Below, in pieces: positions 1 to 17,487 of a DNA stretch of 64,000 nt; within the stretch, counting starts at the first letter, position 1, and each line of letters begins with the position of its first letter. Below the pieces are notes generated by a model. That model ran no database searches. It was given only the letters and a program-made list of their open reading frames with translations, and was not told where the DNA came from. The translations under genes and the position numbers were made by a program. The DNA comes from Eledone cirrhosa (lineage: Eukaryota): the NCBI GenBank assembly GCA_964016885.1, contig OZ024742.1:282658001-282722000 (forward strand), given 5' to 3'.

Positions 1-3360
<3,360 letters not shown>

Positions 3361-3439
3361 TACAAGTGTCTTATATAGACATCTGTATGTGTTTGTTATA
3401 CGCGCTTATATATATATATATATAATATATATAATATAT

Positions 3440-3590
3440 AACAAACGAATCGTGGTAAGGAACCAGATGGACCATAACGCACCAGAGTACTCAATACTTA
3501 GGGTAGTAGAGTGGGAAATAGGAAAAAGTAAGACCCTGACGGCAGAGCTCAAGCCGTTTCAACGGCTATTTCTGGACTGAAACGTCGAAT
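3440..3590 (+). mobile_element. Short (TA)n-embedded cassette, family shared with 4945-5070 and 6005-6040; hammerhead-like motif at 3533-3588
   Basis: GTGGTAAGGAACCAGATGGACCAT...GTGGGAAATAGG recurs inverted at 4988-5070 and partially at 6005-6040; CTGACGG...AGCCGTT-TC-AACGGCT...GAAACGTC. Confidence 0.6.
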
Positions 3591-3995
3591 ATAATATATA
3601 TATATATAATATACATATATATATATAAGCGTATTATATATACATGTGTTATATATATATATAAGCGTATTATATATACATGTGTATTATTTATATATGA
3701 ACATATATATATATATGTATAGTGTGTGTGTGTGTGTGTGTGTGTAAAAATGCTCCCTTCCAGAGATCGATAAAATAAAGTACCAGTCATGTATTCGGCT
3801 ACGTTTATTTGGCTAAACCTGACACCCAAAATGTGTTGTGTAGTGTTGTATTTTAATTAAGCAATTATGTATATATAATCTGAGTAGCATTAATAGGTGA
3901 ACTATGAATGCCGCGTACATACCATAATTACTCTGTTATAACTAAGATACACACGCACACACTCTCAGAGTAAGTGTTCACATAGTATTCATATC

Positions 3996-4044
<49 letters not shown>

Positions 4045-4065
4045 TGGGGACCCTGAAGATGTTCA

Positions 4066-4270
4066 TATCGTGTTGATATCTAAAATGCTACAAACACACA
4101 CACGCATACGCACACACATACACACGCATGTAACTCATACCGTGCTAATATCTAAAATATACACAGATCGACATAAGCGGTGTTTATGCAGTCTTAATAT
4201 CTAAAATGTACATAGACAGAGACAAACGTTATTTATGCCGTGTTGATAACTGAAATATACATACAAACAC
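4066..4270 (+). repeat. Degenerate ~60-bp-period tandem repeat
   Basis: GTGTTGATATCTAAAAT-like motif at ~4070, 4142, 4191, 4240. Confidence 0.6.
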
Positions 4271-4493
4271 GCACACACACATATTTATCTAACTGTACGT
4301 TGTTAGTACTAAAGCTGCATAATAAACACACACACACACACACACATTTACGTATAAGTTAATGTGTTAATTATAATTACTACCATAATAAAGTATATAC
4401 ACACACATATATCCACGCTATATATATATATATATATATATAAGTTAAAACAATGAAATAAAAAATCAAGTTACAACTTACTGTGGATATCTC

Positions 4494-4544
<51 letters not shown>

Positions 4545-4797
4545 GTGAGGTAGTGTAATAAACACACTAAAATATACTCTGAATTATGAAGGTATACGTA
4601 CATAACATGCCATTTTATTGAATGAAGAACACACTCTCATACGTATACATATAGACATTAAGAATTATACACTTAAAATACATACATATATATATATATA
4701 TTTAATTTCATTTGTACCGTTTCCTCTCACCCCCTTTTTTTCTATATGTCTCTCCACCACTCCCCTATACACCCTTGAAACTCTCTTCCCACACACT

Positions 4798-4867
4798 TTT
4801 CACCTGAAGAAGGGCTTATGCCCGAAACGTCGTTCCCCACCACCACCCCACTCTCAAGAGCGTGAAA
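4798..4867 (+). ncRNA. Minimal type-I hammerhead ribozyme motif (Penelope pLTR-like), stem I' displaced by a ~30-nt insertion
   Basis: TTTCAC-CTGAAGA-A-GGGC-TTAT-GCCC-GAAA-CG-TC ... GTGAAA followed by CTAATAAA. Confidence 0.65.
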
Positions 4868-5068
4868 CTAATAAACCTTTGTTCGTACTGCCTCTCTGTT
4901 TTGTTCCCGTTCAATTTTTTACTATATATATATATATATATATATAGGAAAAAGTATGACCCCGATGGCAGAGCTCAAGCCGTTTCGCCTATTTCCCACT
5001 CTACTACCCTAAGTATTGAGTACTCTGGTGCGTTATGGTCCATCTGGTTCCTTACCACAATTCCTTTG

Positions 5069-5106
<38 letters not shown>

Positions 5107-5256
5107 AAACTTTGGGAGGGTCATGTTGCCAATAAGAAACACACGCACCAGTTGCTTTCACTTCAATTTATTATAATAAATTTATAAATTTAGGAATTTA
5201 TAAATTTCCGGTTGGTTGGTTGGTTGGTTTCACAACAAGATGGTTGTTTATATATT

Positions 5257-5299
5257 GTCAAAGTTCTTTCGTCACACATTCTGTGACCTCTTCGGTGAC
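5257..5299 (-). ncRNA. Hammerhead motif, left-arm copy (core mutated to CCGAAGA)
   Basis: Reverse complement of 5706-5748 with a T>C change at core position 4. Confidence 0.6.
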
Positions 5300-5705
5300 T
5301 AGGGATTCTTTTCTTTGTTTTTTGTGCCTCTCCTTTGTTCTGTCTTACGCCATCTTGTTTTTGTGTGTGTGTTGTGTGCTTAGTTTGCGCATGTGTTACA
5401 TCCGGGTGTCTGTGTGTGTTTATATTCGTTTATTTATTTGTTTATTTACATGTTACTGGTTGGTTGTTTGTTCTATGTGCGTGTGTGTTTTCATTACAAT
5501 TAAGGACAAAATGAAAACACACACGCACATAGAACAAACAACCAACCAGTAACATGTAAATATACAAATAAATAAACGAATATAAACACACACAGACACC
5601 CGGATGTAACACATGCGCAAACTAAGCACACAACACACACACAAAAACAAGATGGCGTAGAACAGAACAAAGGAGAGGCACAAAAAACAAAGAAAAGAAT
5701 CCCCA

Positions 5706-5748
5706 GTCACTGAAGAGGTCACAGAATGTGTGACGAAAGAACTTTGAC
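5706..5748 (+). ncRNA. Minimal type-I hammerhead ribozyme motif
   Basis: GTCA-CTGAAGA-G-GTCACA-GAATG-TGTGAC-GAAA-GAAC-TT-TGAC: stems I and II and the core are all present. Confidence 0.75.
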
Positions 5749-5956
5749 AATATATAAACAACCATCTGGTTGTGGAATCAACCAACCAACTGGAAATTTA
5801 TAAATTCCTAAATTTATAAATTTGTTATAATAAATTGAAGTGAAAGCAACTGGTGCGTGTGTTTCTTATTGGCAACATGACCCTCCCAAAGTATAACAAT
5901 ATCAGTTTCAACACACGTTTTCCGATAAAGAATCTTGCTAAACAAATTCAGAAACG

Positions 5957-6006
<50 letters not shown>

Positions 6007-7020
6007 CAAAGGAATTGTGGTAAGGAACCAGATGGACCATATATATATATATATATAATAATAAGGGTTGACTGACCCACCATATTTATCAATGCCAGTA
6101 CCGGTTGTATCTCAGCGCACTCAATGGTCAATGTAAGATACATTACCAGAGTATACACATAGTTATTTGCCTCAACACACATAAAACGGGTGCCTATAAG
6201 GTTCCTGGACTCGAGTTTCTGCCGCACATATATATATATATATATATGCATGTGTGTGTGTGACAAGTGTTTTGAGGCGTAACTCGAGGCATTTGAGTCA
6301 CTTATACAGCTTCACACACAATAAATTATGTATGTATATATAGTATGAGCAAAAAATGCACAGTTATATAAGACGTACAGTAAGATGCATTTCTACCTCA
6401 TCAGCCACGTTGCTAGCGTGCAATTTCGCGCATTGAAGTGGTATTGCACTTGCGATGACAGTTTGCACCATACATTGGAGAACCGGTCTGTTAGTAAGAT
6501 GCATATATATATATGTATTTGTGTGTGTAAATATATATGTTTATTGCAAGTCGCTTATTATAATCACGGATAATGGTAACAAATGGCTTTTGTTACCTTA
6601 AAGTGATCACAATTTGCCTTTACATAGACGATATAAAATTTATGAAAAGAATCCTATTACTTAATCTAAATAGTATACGTGTGTGTGTGTCTGTGTGTAT
6701 GTATCTATCTGTCTATCTATATATATATATATACATACATATATACACATACCTACATACCCTCATACGCACGTACATACATACATACGTGTGTAATGGG
6801 AAAATCGGTGAGTAGATTATCAAGTCATTGGAGCACCTGCTTCTGAGTTGAGTTCGAAAGTAGCCCAGGGATAGATTACTATATAAATGTGCGTGTGTGT
6901 GTGTGTATATATATATACATACATACATACATAGAACGTGTGTGTCGTTATATACGCATTCACATAATTTTAAATGTTTATATTTATAAATGGGTATAGA
7001 TTAGTTTATCGAATTTGTAC

Positions 7021-7052
<32 letters not shown>

Positions 7053-7254
7053 TATTTGTGTGTGTTTGTGTTGTACAAACTGTTGTCGTTTAATGTCGTG
7101 TCACTTTATGTATCTTGTGAAAGAGGCGGCTCGATATATAGAGATCGATAAATTAACTACCAGACCGAAATTCATACTGAAGTCGATGTGATCGACTAAA
7201 AGGCCCTAGCATGAGCGCAGTTCAAAAACTTAAACCAGTAATAGACGATTGGGA

Positions 7255-7281
7255 ATATATGTGTATGTGTGTATGTATATA

Positions 7282-7313
<32 letters not shown>

Positions 7314-7567
7314 GATGTGTGTGCATGTATATATATATATATATAGATGTGTGTGTATGTATATATATATATATATAGATGTGTGTGTATGTATATATAT
7401 ATAGATGTGTGTGTATGTATATATATATGTATATGTGTGTATATATATGTATATGTATATGTGTATATATATATATATAAATATATGTATATGTGTGTAT
7501 ATATATGTATATGTATATGTGTATATATATATATATATATAAATATATGTATGTGTATATATATATA

Positions 7568-7598
<31 letters not shown>

Positions 7599-7801
7599 GT
7601 GTATATATATATATGTGTATATATATATATATGTGTATATATATATATGTGTGTGTATATATATATGTGTGTGTATATATATATATGTGTGTATATATAT
7701 ATGTGTGTATATATATATATATATATGTGTATATATATATATATATATACACATATATATGTGTATATATATATATATATGTGTGTATATATATGTGTAT
7801 A

Positions 7802-7839
<38 letters not shown>
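7255..7839. repeat. (TA)n/(TG)n compound microsatellite
   Basis: Direct reading. Confidence 0.95.
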
Positions 7840-7842
<3 letters not shown>

Positions 7843-7941
7843 TGTCCAAACAAAATGTATACACACTTCAACAGCAGTCTAATAAATATTGCCTGTACAG
7901 GTAATCAAAGTGTGCATACATTTTTTCGGGACACCCTGTAT
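7840..7941. mobile_element. Tc1/mariner-type mini-MITE (second copy at 31488-31567)
   Basis: GGTGTCCAAA...TTTTCGGGACACCCTG-TA termini; internal TGTATACACACTTCAACAGCA shared with 31488-31567. Confidence 0.7.
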
Positions 7942-8042
7942 ACTAATATAAAGAATGATGTGGTAATGCGCGGAGACGCTGTAAAATACCTTATAAGATA
8001 AAGTGAAGAGTCTTTAACGGCGGAAAAAGAAGTTACCAGCCG

Positions 8043-8080
<38 letters not shown>

Positions 8081-8104
8081 ATACACGATATATATTATAT
8101 ATAT

Positions 8105-8170
<66 letters not shown>

Positions 8171-8179
8171 CATACACGA

Positions 8180-8213
<34 letters not shown>

Positions 8214-8524
8214 CCATACATACATACATACGTGATACATATATACACATACATACACGGTATACATACATACATACATACATACATACACATCACATAT
8301 ATATATATGCACGCTATATATATGTCTGTCTGTATACACACACATATCTTATATATTATATCAAATTGTTCAGTTTCCTAAATGCCCTTAAACACAAAAT
8401 TCTTGCCCTCAAGTTATACCTAATAATAATAATAATAATAATAAAATATTTTTATCACATTTAGCTTGCATATAAGTGCATCATTTAAGTTTATTATAAA
8501 AGTCCTAACCGTTATATATATATA

Positions 8525-8712
8525 CAGTGAAATTCCGTAATAACGAAATTCACGGGTTAAAATAATTATTTCGTTGTAACGAAAAGTTCTTTATAATGAG
8601 ATCGACCGAAACAAATCGAGCGTTTATTTGTTATTACTACAGAGATTGAACAAAATTTCTTCATACTGAAAAATTCGCTATAATGGTATTCGTTATAACG
8701 GAATTTTATCTG
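8525..8712. mobile_element. pogo/Tigger-like MITE
   Basis: TA-CAGTGAAATTCCGTAATAACGAA ... TTCGTTATAACGGAATTTTATCTG-TA: imperfect TIRs with TA flanks. Confidence 0.75.
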
Positions 8713-8744
8713 TATATACAATACGTAATTATAGTGTTGTACTT

Positions 8745-8925
8745 CTGGCAGTATCGGTAGAGGGTCGGACGCCATGCTTTCCAGCATAGTTACGTCCCTT
8801 TACGATCTGAGTTCAAATCCCGCCGGGGTTGACTTTGCCTTTCATCCTTACGGGGTCAATAAAATAAAAGTACCAGTAATGCACTGGGTATTTGCTGGCC
8901 TTGTGCCTAAAGTAGAAACAATTAT
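8745..8925 (+). mobile_element. tRNA-derived SINE, family A
   Basis: TGGCAGTATCGGTAG (A-box-like), GAGTTCAAATCC (B box), CTTTGCCTTTCATCCTTACGGGGTC.ATAAAATAAAAGTACCAG body; many copies in the window. Confidence 0.85.
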
Positions 8926-9739
8926 TTTCTTTGGTAAGATGAGATAAGCTCAATGCACCTTACCGACCTCAGACTTTCTGGAGTATAAACTGGATATCGC
9001 CAGTTAAAACATCCTGTTGTTAAAGGCGGTTCAGGTAGCAGAACATATAAAATTCAAAATTATTAGAAAGTCAAGGATATGAAATTATCATTTATTCATA
9101 TATCATTATGACGGCCTTCGTGGATCAGGTTTAACGATAATGTCCGAACGTAAAGAGCCGGAATATCCTTGGGTAACGTTTTAGGTAAAGACAGCGAGTA
9201 CCCCCTCTCCCCACACTTCACGCCACCGTTGTTGTATTGTCCAAGGCAAAAGGGAAAGGCCAATAAAACTTGACACCAGTGTCACTGCAGGCCATGATGT
9301 CCGAATGTAATAAAAAAAATAAAAAAAATTTAAATGAGCGTGAATATATATTACAAAAGGTATCGTACGGCTTTCTAACGAATCTGACAATCCGCGCCAA
9401 TAATTATTGGTATAAATGTAAATTTATGATTTCTGCGGAAAAACCAACTCCATTTCAAATGTAAATTACTACGAATTAAAAGGAAGAAAAAAAAGAATTT
9501 AAATATTTCTATGATGCAATCTGATTATAACCCAGAGAAGTATGGTGAATGGATACAGGTTGAAATACACAAAATAAGATTAAATGTAAATTACATGACT
9601 GTTGATTAAATATATATATATATATATTTATTAACTTACAAAATAATATTTTTTACAGAGTAGTTTTAAGTTATTACGATGCAGAAAACGATTAAAGAAT
9701 ATATTATTAAGTCGAAATAATTATCTGCGAAGTGGATCT

Positions 9740-10032
9740 CCGTCGGGTTCCTCGGGGAGTGTTCCAGTTGTTTCAATAAACGAAATGGTGAAATTAACGT
9801 GCAAGTAGATAAGCATTCCACAAACTGATGCACTCTTAATCTATTTCCCAGGGAGATTCAGCATAACTCTGCGTGTCGAAAGGCCGACCTTTTGAATTAT
9901 AGGTACAATTCACTTTTTTTCTGGTTGAATGGATGGATTAACGTTCAAAGACACAACACACCGTCAGAAATCGATCACAGTACTTTACAATCGTGGATGG
10001 AACACCCTAACAACTAAGCCACGTACCTTCAC
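9740..10032 (-). mobile_element. SINE, family B (degenerate)
   Basis: Reverse-complement similarity to 19390-19650 and 63730-64000. Confidence 0.6.
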
Positions 10033-10332
10033 TTGTCTTATGTCATTAATTATCACCAAGAAAACCCATGCAGATAAAATATTTAAAGTTCCGTTGTTTT
10101 TTTTTTGTTTTTGTGTTTTTTAATTAAATTTTCGGAGAGTAATTCTATTTTTATTTTCTATTAAAATTTTATTCTATATTTAAAATTGTTCTCTAGTAAA
10201 AATGATTTTACTAAACAATATTTTTATGAAATTATTATATAAATGAAAATGTTTGACAAATTTGCTCAATGAAACGTCGTATTGATAAAAGATCATTCGT
10301 AGAACTGTAGCGGTACCTCTCACTCTCTCTCG

Positions 10333-10366
<34 letters not shown>

Positions 10367-10879
10367 CCAGTGAGTGTAACCCAGGTGAGCACTTGATGTT
10401 TAGGTTCACGTCAGTATCGAGGTGTAGAGCTAGACAAGGTGTGTAGTATAAATAATACAACATTGGTGTATTATACACACACACACACACACACACATAC
10501 ACTTGTAAGCCTCCACTCAAACATTGAGACGGTTTAAGCTTGACCGTAGTAGGAATTATGTGTTTTTAAATGTCTTCACTCTACATTCTCTAAACTATGC
10601 AATAGTAAGCTGAATAATGGGTTTTACTACTCTATTATGTGTTCAACCCGACAGGCTGAGGCCATGCTGGTGCACCCCTATGATAGTTTAAATTATTAAC
10701 CCCCCCTCCACCACCACCACCACCACCACACACACACACATTATGAAGTGCGCTAGCCGCCGAAATGTACGATAAAGATATATCTGTACACATACGTCCA
10801 TTTCAGAATAATGCTAAGAGCAATTGAATATATAAGCCCATCAAATACATGTTTCTTTGTGGTTGTTTAGATGGTATGG

Positions 10880-10928
10880 ATGTCTTCTGATGAGAGACCA
10901 ACTAGGTCTGAAAGTCGATTAAAGATGT
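10880..10928 (+). ncRNA. Minimal type-I hammerhead ribozyme motif
   Basis: ATGTCTT-CTGATGA-G-AGACC-AACTA-GGTCT-GAAA-GTCGAT-TA-AAGATGT; near-palindromic stem III. Confidence 0.78.
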
Positions 10929-11574
10929 TTATCATTTTTTTCAATTTACATGGAAATTTGTATTTCCTGGCATGTTTACATGTCTACATATTAAAAATAT
11001 GTAAATTTATATACACATTGGTGCAGTCTCAGTTACCCACTCTGTATATATACAGATATAACTTATATATATTCACTCACACATATACTTATAATACATT
11101 TCTGGTTATGTTGACTGTCTTATTTCAATATTACATGTCTTAGAAAATATAATATAGTTTTTAGACAACAGTGTATGTAATGGACATATCTATCTAAACA
11201 CGTTGTTTTTATAAGCAATATCTTCGTGAAAGATATTGAGACTATAGCATACTTATATAAGTAGGTATTATTATCAAGCGATAGGTAACCATCATATCTA
11301 GGTATTAATTAGAGAATGCTAAGCCCTCCTTACATGAAATAAAAGATAACATTTTCATCTCCCACCTATACAGGTTTAGCTGGCTTCACACGAGTTTGTA
11401 TTACATAAGAGTTTTCTTGGGTGTTTTAATGATAGGTTTTATCATGAAAAGCAACGTAAAATCAAGCATCTTTTTCAAGAATACAACATTGTTCAAGATT
11501 ACTGGACCGCCCGGTCCAGTTATCGAACCACTGGGCCACGCCACCTTCATCTTTCTTACATACTTAGACTTGGA

Positions 11575-11791
11575 TATATGTATGTGTGTGTATATATATA
11601 TATATATGTATATATGTATATATGTATATATATATGTATATATGTATATATATATATGTATGTATATATGTATATATATATATATGTATATATGTATATA
11701 TATATATATGTATATATGTATATATATATGTATGTATATATGTATATATATATGTATGTACATATTTATATATATATGTATGTATATATGT

Positions 11792-11822
<31 letters not shown>

Positions 11823-12128
11823 TGTATATATGTATATATATATGTATGTATATATATATGTATGTATATATGTATATATATATGTATGTATATATATATG
11901 TATGTATATATGTATATATATATGTATGTATATATATATGTATGTATATATGTATATATATATGTATGTATATATATATGTATGTATATATGTATATATA
12001 TATGTATGTATATATGTATGTATATATGTATGTATATATGTATGTATGTATGTATATATGTATGTATGTATATATGTATATATATATGTATATATATATG
12101 TATGTATGTATATATGTATGTATGTATG

Positions 12129-12168
<40 letters not shown>
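11575..12168. repeat. (TA)n/TATG microsatellite
   Basis: Direct reading. Confidence 0.95.
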
Positions 12169-12173
<5 letters not shown>

Positions 12174-13058
12174 CAAGATATTCAACGGTGTAACGTTGTC
12201 AATTCTCTCATATTTTACCTTCAAAAAGATAAATTTCGTTGGAAGTTGTTTGAAAATACCAAATATACCAGTGGCTACTCTTTTGAAGGTGCCAAATTGG
12301 TAGAATCGTTAGAGCGTCGAATTAATGCTTCGGTGTTTGATCTAGTTCTCTGCAGTTCTTGATCAAATCCTGCGGAAGCTAGTTTTATCTTTCTCCTCTT
12401 TCGCTGGTCGTTAACTAAAGTACCTACCAGTCCAATAGAGTTGAGAGGGACAGGTTGTTTTGCAGTATCTGACCCGACTCTGTACGTTCTGAGTTCAAAT
12501 TCCGCTCCCTTCTACCAAAAGTTGCTAAAGGCAGATAGTACTATAAGCAATGGAAAGACTAAAGAAAACAGCTTCCTTGGTCGAATCCAGCAACCAGCTT
12601 CTTTCAACAATTTTTTTTTTTACTCTTTTAAATCAAACACGCCCACATATAACTACAGAGCAGTATTGTGTTAGAGGAGCTTTACGAAAAATATAAATTA
12701 AGCAAGTTAATGAGGATTTAACCCAAATTGGAAACAAAAGACCTTTATAGTACCAGGGGCGATTTACACGAGTGTAAGAATCTGTCGGGTCTCATTTGAG
12801 CTGAAAACATTAATAATGAATCATTAATTTTACTAATTCGTATCTTAAAGTCTACTACATGGGCAGTGAATACTTTTTCTCCCATTTGCGTAGCCAGTCA
12901 TAAAGATTTGGATCAGCTCTTCCTTTTGCTTCTTTTTCATGTTTGGAACACTCTCAAGGGTTTTTCGGTCATGAAACTGCGAGGATAGTCTCAGTTGGTG
13001 AACGAATTTTCTTGCTCACCATATTCCGTTTGTGTGACCATATATGTGTGTATGTGTG

Positions 13059-13222
13059 CACACCTGCCATCCTCTAAATGCCCAAACGAGGAGAAATGAG
13101 GCAAAATGAGGGAGATTTTACATTATAACAGCTATACCCATTTTCACAAGAAAGGACATCTCTCACCTACCCCAAAGTGGATGGGAGGTCTCCCTGTCAG
13201 ACTGGGAGACCTGGCAGGTCTG
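13059..13222. mobile_element. Small MITE (possibly hAT-type)
   Basis: Termini CACACCTGCCA / TGGCAGGTCTG inside a GTGTAT tract. Confidence 0.5.
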
Positions 13223-13273
13223 GTGTATGTGTGTGGGTACGAGAATGAGTACTCAATACCGTATTAGAGATTA

Positions 13274-13462
13274 ATTGTTTCTACTATTGGCACAAGACTA
13301 GCAATTACTCAGTGCATTACTGGTACTTTATTTTATCGACCCCGTAAGGATGAAAAGCAAAGTTAACCTCGGCGGGATTTGAACTCAGAATGGCAAGAGC
13401 CGTAACTCTATGCATCAAAGCATGACGCCCGACCCTTTACCGATACTGCCAATCCACCGCCC
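13274..13462 (-). mobile_element. SINE family A
   Basis: Reverse complement of the 8745-8925 family. Confidence 0.85.
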
Positions 13463-13526
13463 TATGTATTAGAGATTAATGCGTTAAGGTCGTCGTGACA
13501 AGGCTCACTCTTGGCCGCTTAATAAA

Positions 13527-13644
<118 letters not shown>

Positions 13645-13875
13645 GATAACAAATTATCGTTATAGGTAATCCAGTTAGAGGTTATGAGTACTCCGCGTCG
13701 TGGATAGTTTTAACGTACGGCTTTGTTTGTCTCAACAAGATGTTTCCATAGTTATGCAGCGAGATCCCGGTAATTTCTATGCAGGTTATACTTGGAGTAA
13801 TAATATTAAAAAGAAAGAAGAGTAACATGGTTGGCTGTACAATAAGGGCTTTATTTAAAGTACATATATATGTAC

Positions 13876-13941
<66 letters not shown>

Positions 13942-14239
13942 TTGTGTGTGTGTACAAATGATATTAAAAACAAAAGAGGCAGATGAAATGTAATAAATCT
14001 ACCTGTGACAAATGTTGGTCACTGACCGACTGCCATGCCGTGGCTACTTGTTTCAGTGAAACCTATCCCCAGAAGCCATCTTGAAATTCCTACAACATTC
14101 CAATGTTAGGGATTTATCATTAGGGTCCATAAGGCTAAAATGTATTATCCAACCTCCTTTTGATGTTTTTTCTTTTGTATTTTCACTTGCATTTTTTACT
14201 CAGACACACGCGCAACACACACAATTATAACTTGTATAT

Positions 14240-14396
14240 GTTTGTGTGTATATGTATGTATATATATGTGTGAATATGTATGTATATATGTGTGTATATA
14301 TATGTGTGTGTATGTGTATATATATGTGTGTGTATATGTATATATATATGTGTATATGTATATATATGTATATATGTATATATATATATATGTATG

Positions 14397-14427
<31 letters not shown>

Positions 14428-14516
14428 GTATGTATATATATGTATATATGTATATATATATATGTATGTATATATATATGTATATATATATATGTATGTA
14501 TATATATGTGTATATG

Positions 14517-14549
<33 letters not shown>

Positions 14550-14749
14550 GTGTGTGTATATGTATATATATATATATATGTGTATATGTATATATATATA
14601 TATGTATATATATATATGTATATATATATATGTGTATATGTATATATATATATGTGTATATGTATATATATATATATATATGTGTATATGTATATATATA
14701 TATGTATATGTATATATATATGTGTGTGTATATGTATATATATATATAT

Positions 14750-14781
<32 letters not shown>

Positions 14782-15794
14782 GTGTGTGTATATGTATATA
14801 TATATATATATGTGTATATGTATATATATATATGTGTGTATATATATATATATGTGTATATGTATATATATATATGTGTATATGTATATATATATATATA
14901 TGTGTATATGTATATATATATATGTGTGTATATATATATATATGTGTATATGTATATATATATATATGTGTATATATATATATATGTGTATATATATATA
15001 TATGTGTATATGTATATATATATATATGTGTATATATATATATATATGTGTATATGTATATATATATATATGTGTATATGTATATATATATATATGTGTA
15101 TATGTATATATATATATATGTGTATATGTATATATATATGTGTATATGTATATATATATATATATATGTGTATATGTATATATATATGTGTATATGTATA
15201 TATATATGTGTATGTATATATATATGTATATATATATATATATATGTGTATATGTATATATATATGTGTATATGTATATATATATATGTGTATATGTGTA
15301 TATGTATATATATATGTGTATATATATATATATGTGTATATGTATATATATATGTGTATATATATATATATGTGTATATGTATATATATATATGTGTATA
15401 TGTGTATATGTATATATATATGTGTATATATATATATATGTGTATATGTATATATATATATATATATATATGTGTATATGTATATATATATATGTGTGTA
15501 TATGTATATATATATATGTGTGTATATGTATATATATATATATGTGTATATGTATATATATATATATGTGTATATGTATATATATATATATGTGTATATG
15601 TATATATATATATATGTGTATATGTATATATATATATATGTGTGTATATGTATATATATATATATGTGTATATGTATATATATATATGTGTATATGTATA
15701 TATATATATGTGTATATGTATATATATATATATGTGTATATGTATATATATATATATATGTGTGTATATGTATATATATATATATATATGTGTG

Positions 15795-15828
<34 letters not shown>

Positions 15829-16277
15829 TATGTACATATATATATATGTGTATATGTATATATATATATGTGTATATGTATATATATATATGTATATGTA
15901 TATATATATATGTATATGTATATGTATGTATATATATATGTGTGTGTATATGTATATATATATATATATATATGTGTGTGTATATGTATATATATATATA
16001 TATATTTGTGTGTATATGTATATATATATATATATGTGTGTATATGTATATATATATATGTGTATATGTATATATATATATATGTGTATATGTATATATA
16101 TATATGTGTATATGTATATATATGTGTATATGTATATATATATGTGTATATGTATATATATATATATGTGTATATGTATATATATATGTGTATATGTATA
16201 TATATATATATGTGTATATGTATATATATATATATATGTGTATATGTATATATATATATATATGTGTATATGTATAT

Positions 16278-16311
<34 letters not shown>

Positions 16312-16418
16312 GTGTATATGTATATATATATATATGTGTATATGTATATATATGTATGTGTGTATGTATATATATATATGTGTGTATGTATATATATATA
16401 TGTGTGTATGTATATATA

Positions 16419-16481
<63 letters not shown>

Positions 16482-16751
16482 GTGTGTATATGTATATATA
16501 TATATATATATATATGTGTATATGTATATATGTGTGTATATGTATGTGTGTATATGTATATATATATGTGTATATGTATATATATGTGTATATACTCTTT
16601 TACTCTTTTACCTGTTTCAGCCATCCGGCTGAGGCCATGCTGGTTATATATATATATACATATACACATATATATATATATACATATACATATATATATA
16701 TATATATATATACATATACACACATATATATATATATATATATATACATAT

Positions 16752-16802
<51 letters not shown>

Positions 16803-17438
16803 CATATACACACATATATATATATATATACATATACACATATATATATATATATATACATATACACATATGTATATATATATATATGTGTATATGTATA
16901 TATGTGTGTATATGTATATATGTGTGTGTATATGTATATATAAGTGTATATGTATATGTATATATGTGTGTGTATATGTATATATATATGTGTATATGTA
17001 TATATATATGTGTATATGTATATATATGTGTGTATATGTATATATGTATATGTATATATATATGTGTATATGTATATATATATATGTGTGTATATGTATA
17101 TATATGTGTGTATATGCATATATATGTGTGTATATGCATATATATATATGTGTGTATATGTATATATATGTGTGTACATGTATATATATGTGTGTGTATA
17201 TGTATATATATATATATATGTGTGTGTATATGTATATATATATGTGTGTGTATATGTATATATATATATGTGTGTGTATATGTATATATATATATGTGTG
17301 TGTATATGTATATATATATATGTGTGTATATGTATATATATATATGTGTGTATATGTATATATATATGTGTGTATATGTATATATATATATGTGTGTATA
17401 TGTGTATATATATATGTGTGTATATGTGTATATATATA

Positions 17439-17487
<49 letters not shown>

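Larger units (their letters stand above)
5099..5902. mobile_element. ~800-bp palindromic (fold-back) non-coding element with a hammerhead motif in each arm
   Basis: 5099-5495 is the reverse complement of 5510-5902 with about a dozen differences; 14-nt spacer ACAATTAAGGACAA; mirrored ORFs 5220..5552(+) and 5453..5785(-) confirm the symmetry. Confidence 0.93.

Noticed and set aside
4050-4075. CCTGAAGATG resembling a hammerhead 5' core
   Set aside because: No stem II or GAAA follows.
5220-5785. Two near-identical 110-aa hydrophobic ORFs on opposite strands
   Set aside because: A by-product of the palindrome; non-ATG starts and low-complexity GT-rich sequence.
6090-6495. Further hammerhead-like traces (minus strand 6095-6152, plus strand 6452-6490)
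   Set aside because: Two or more core mismatches and no stem I; cannot be separated from chance by eye.
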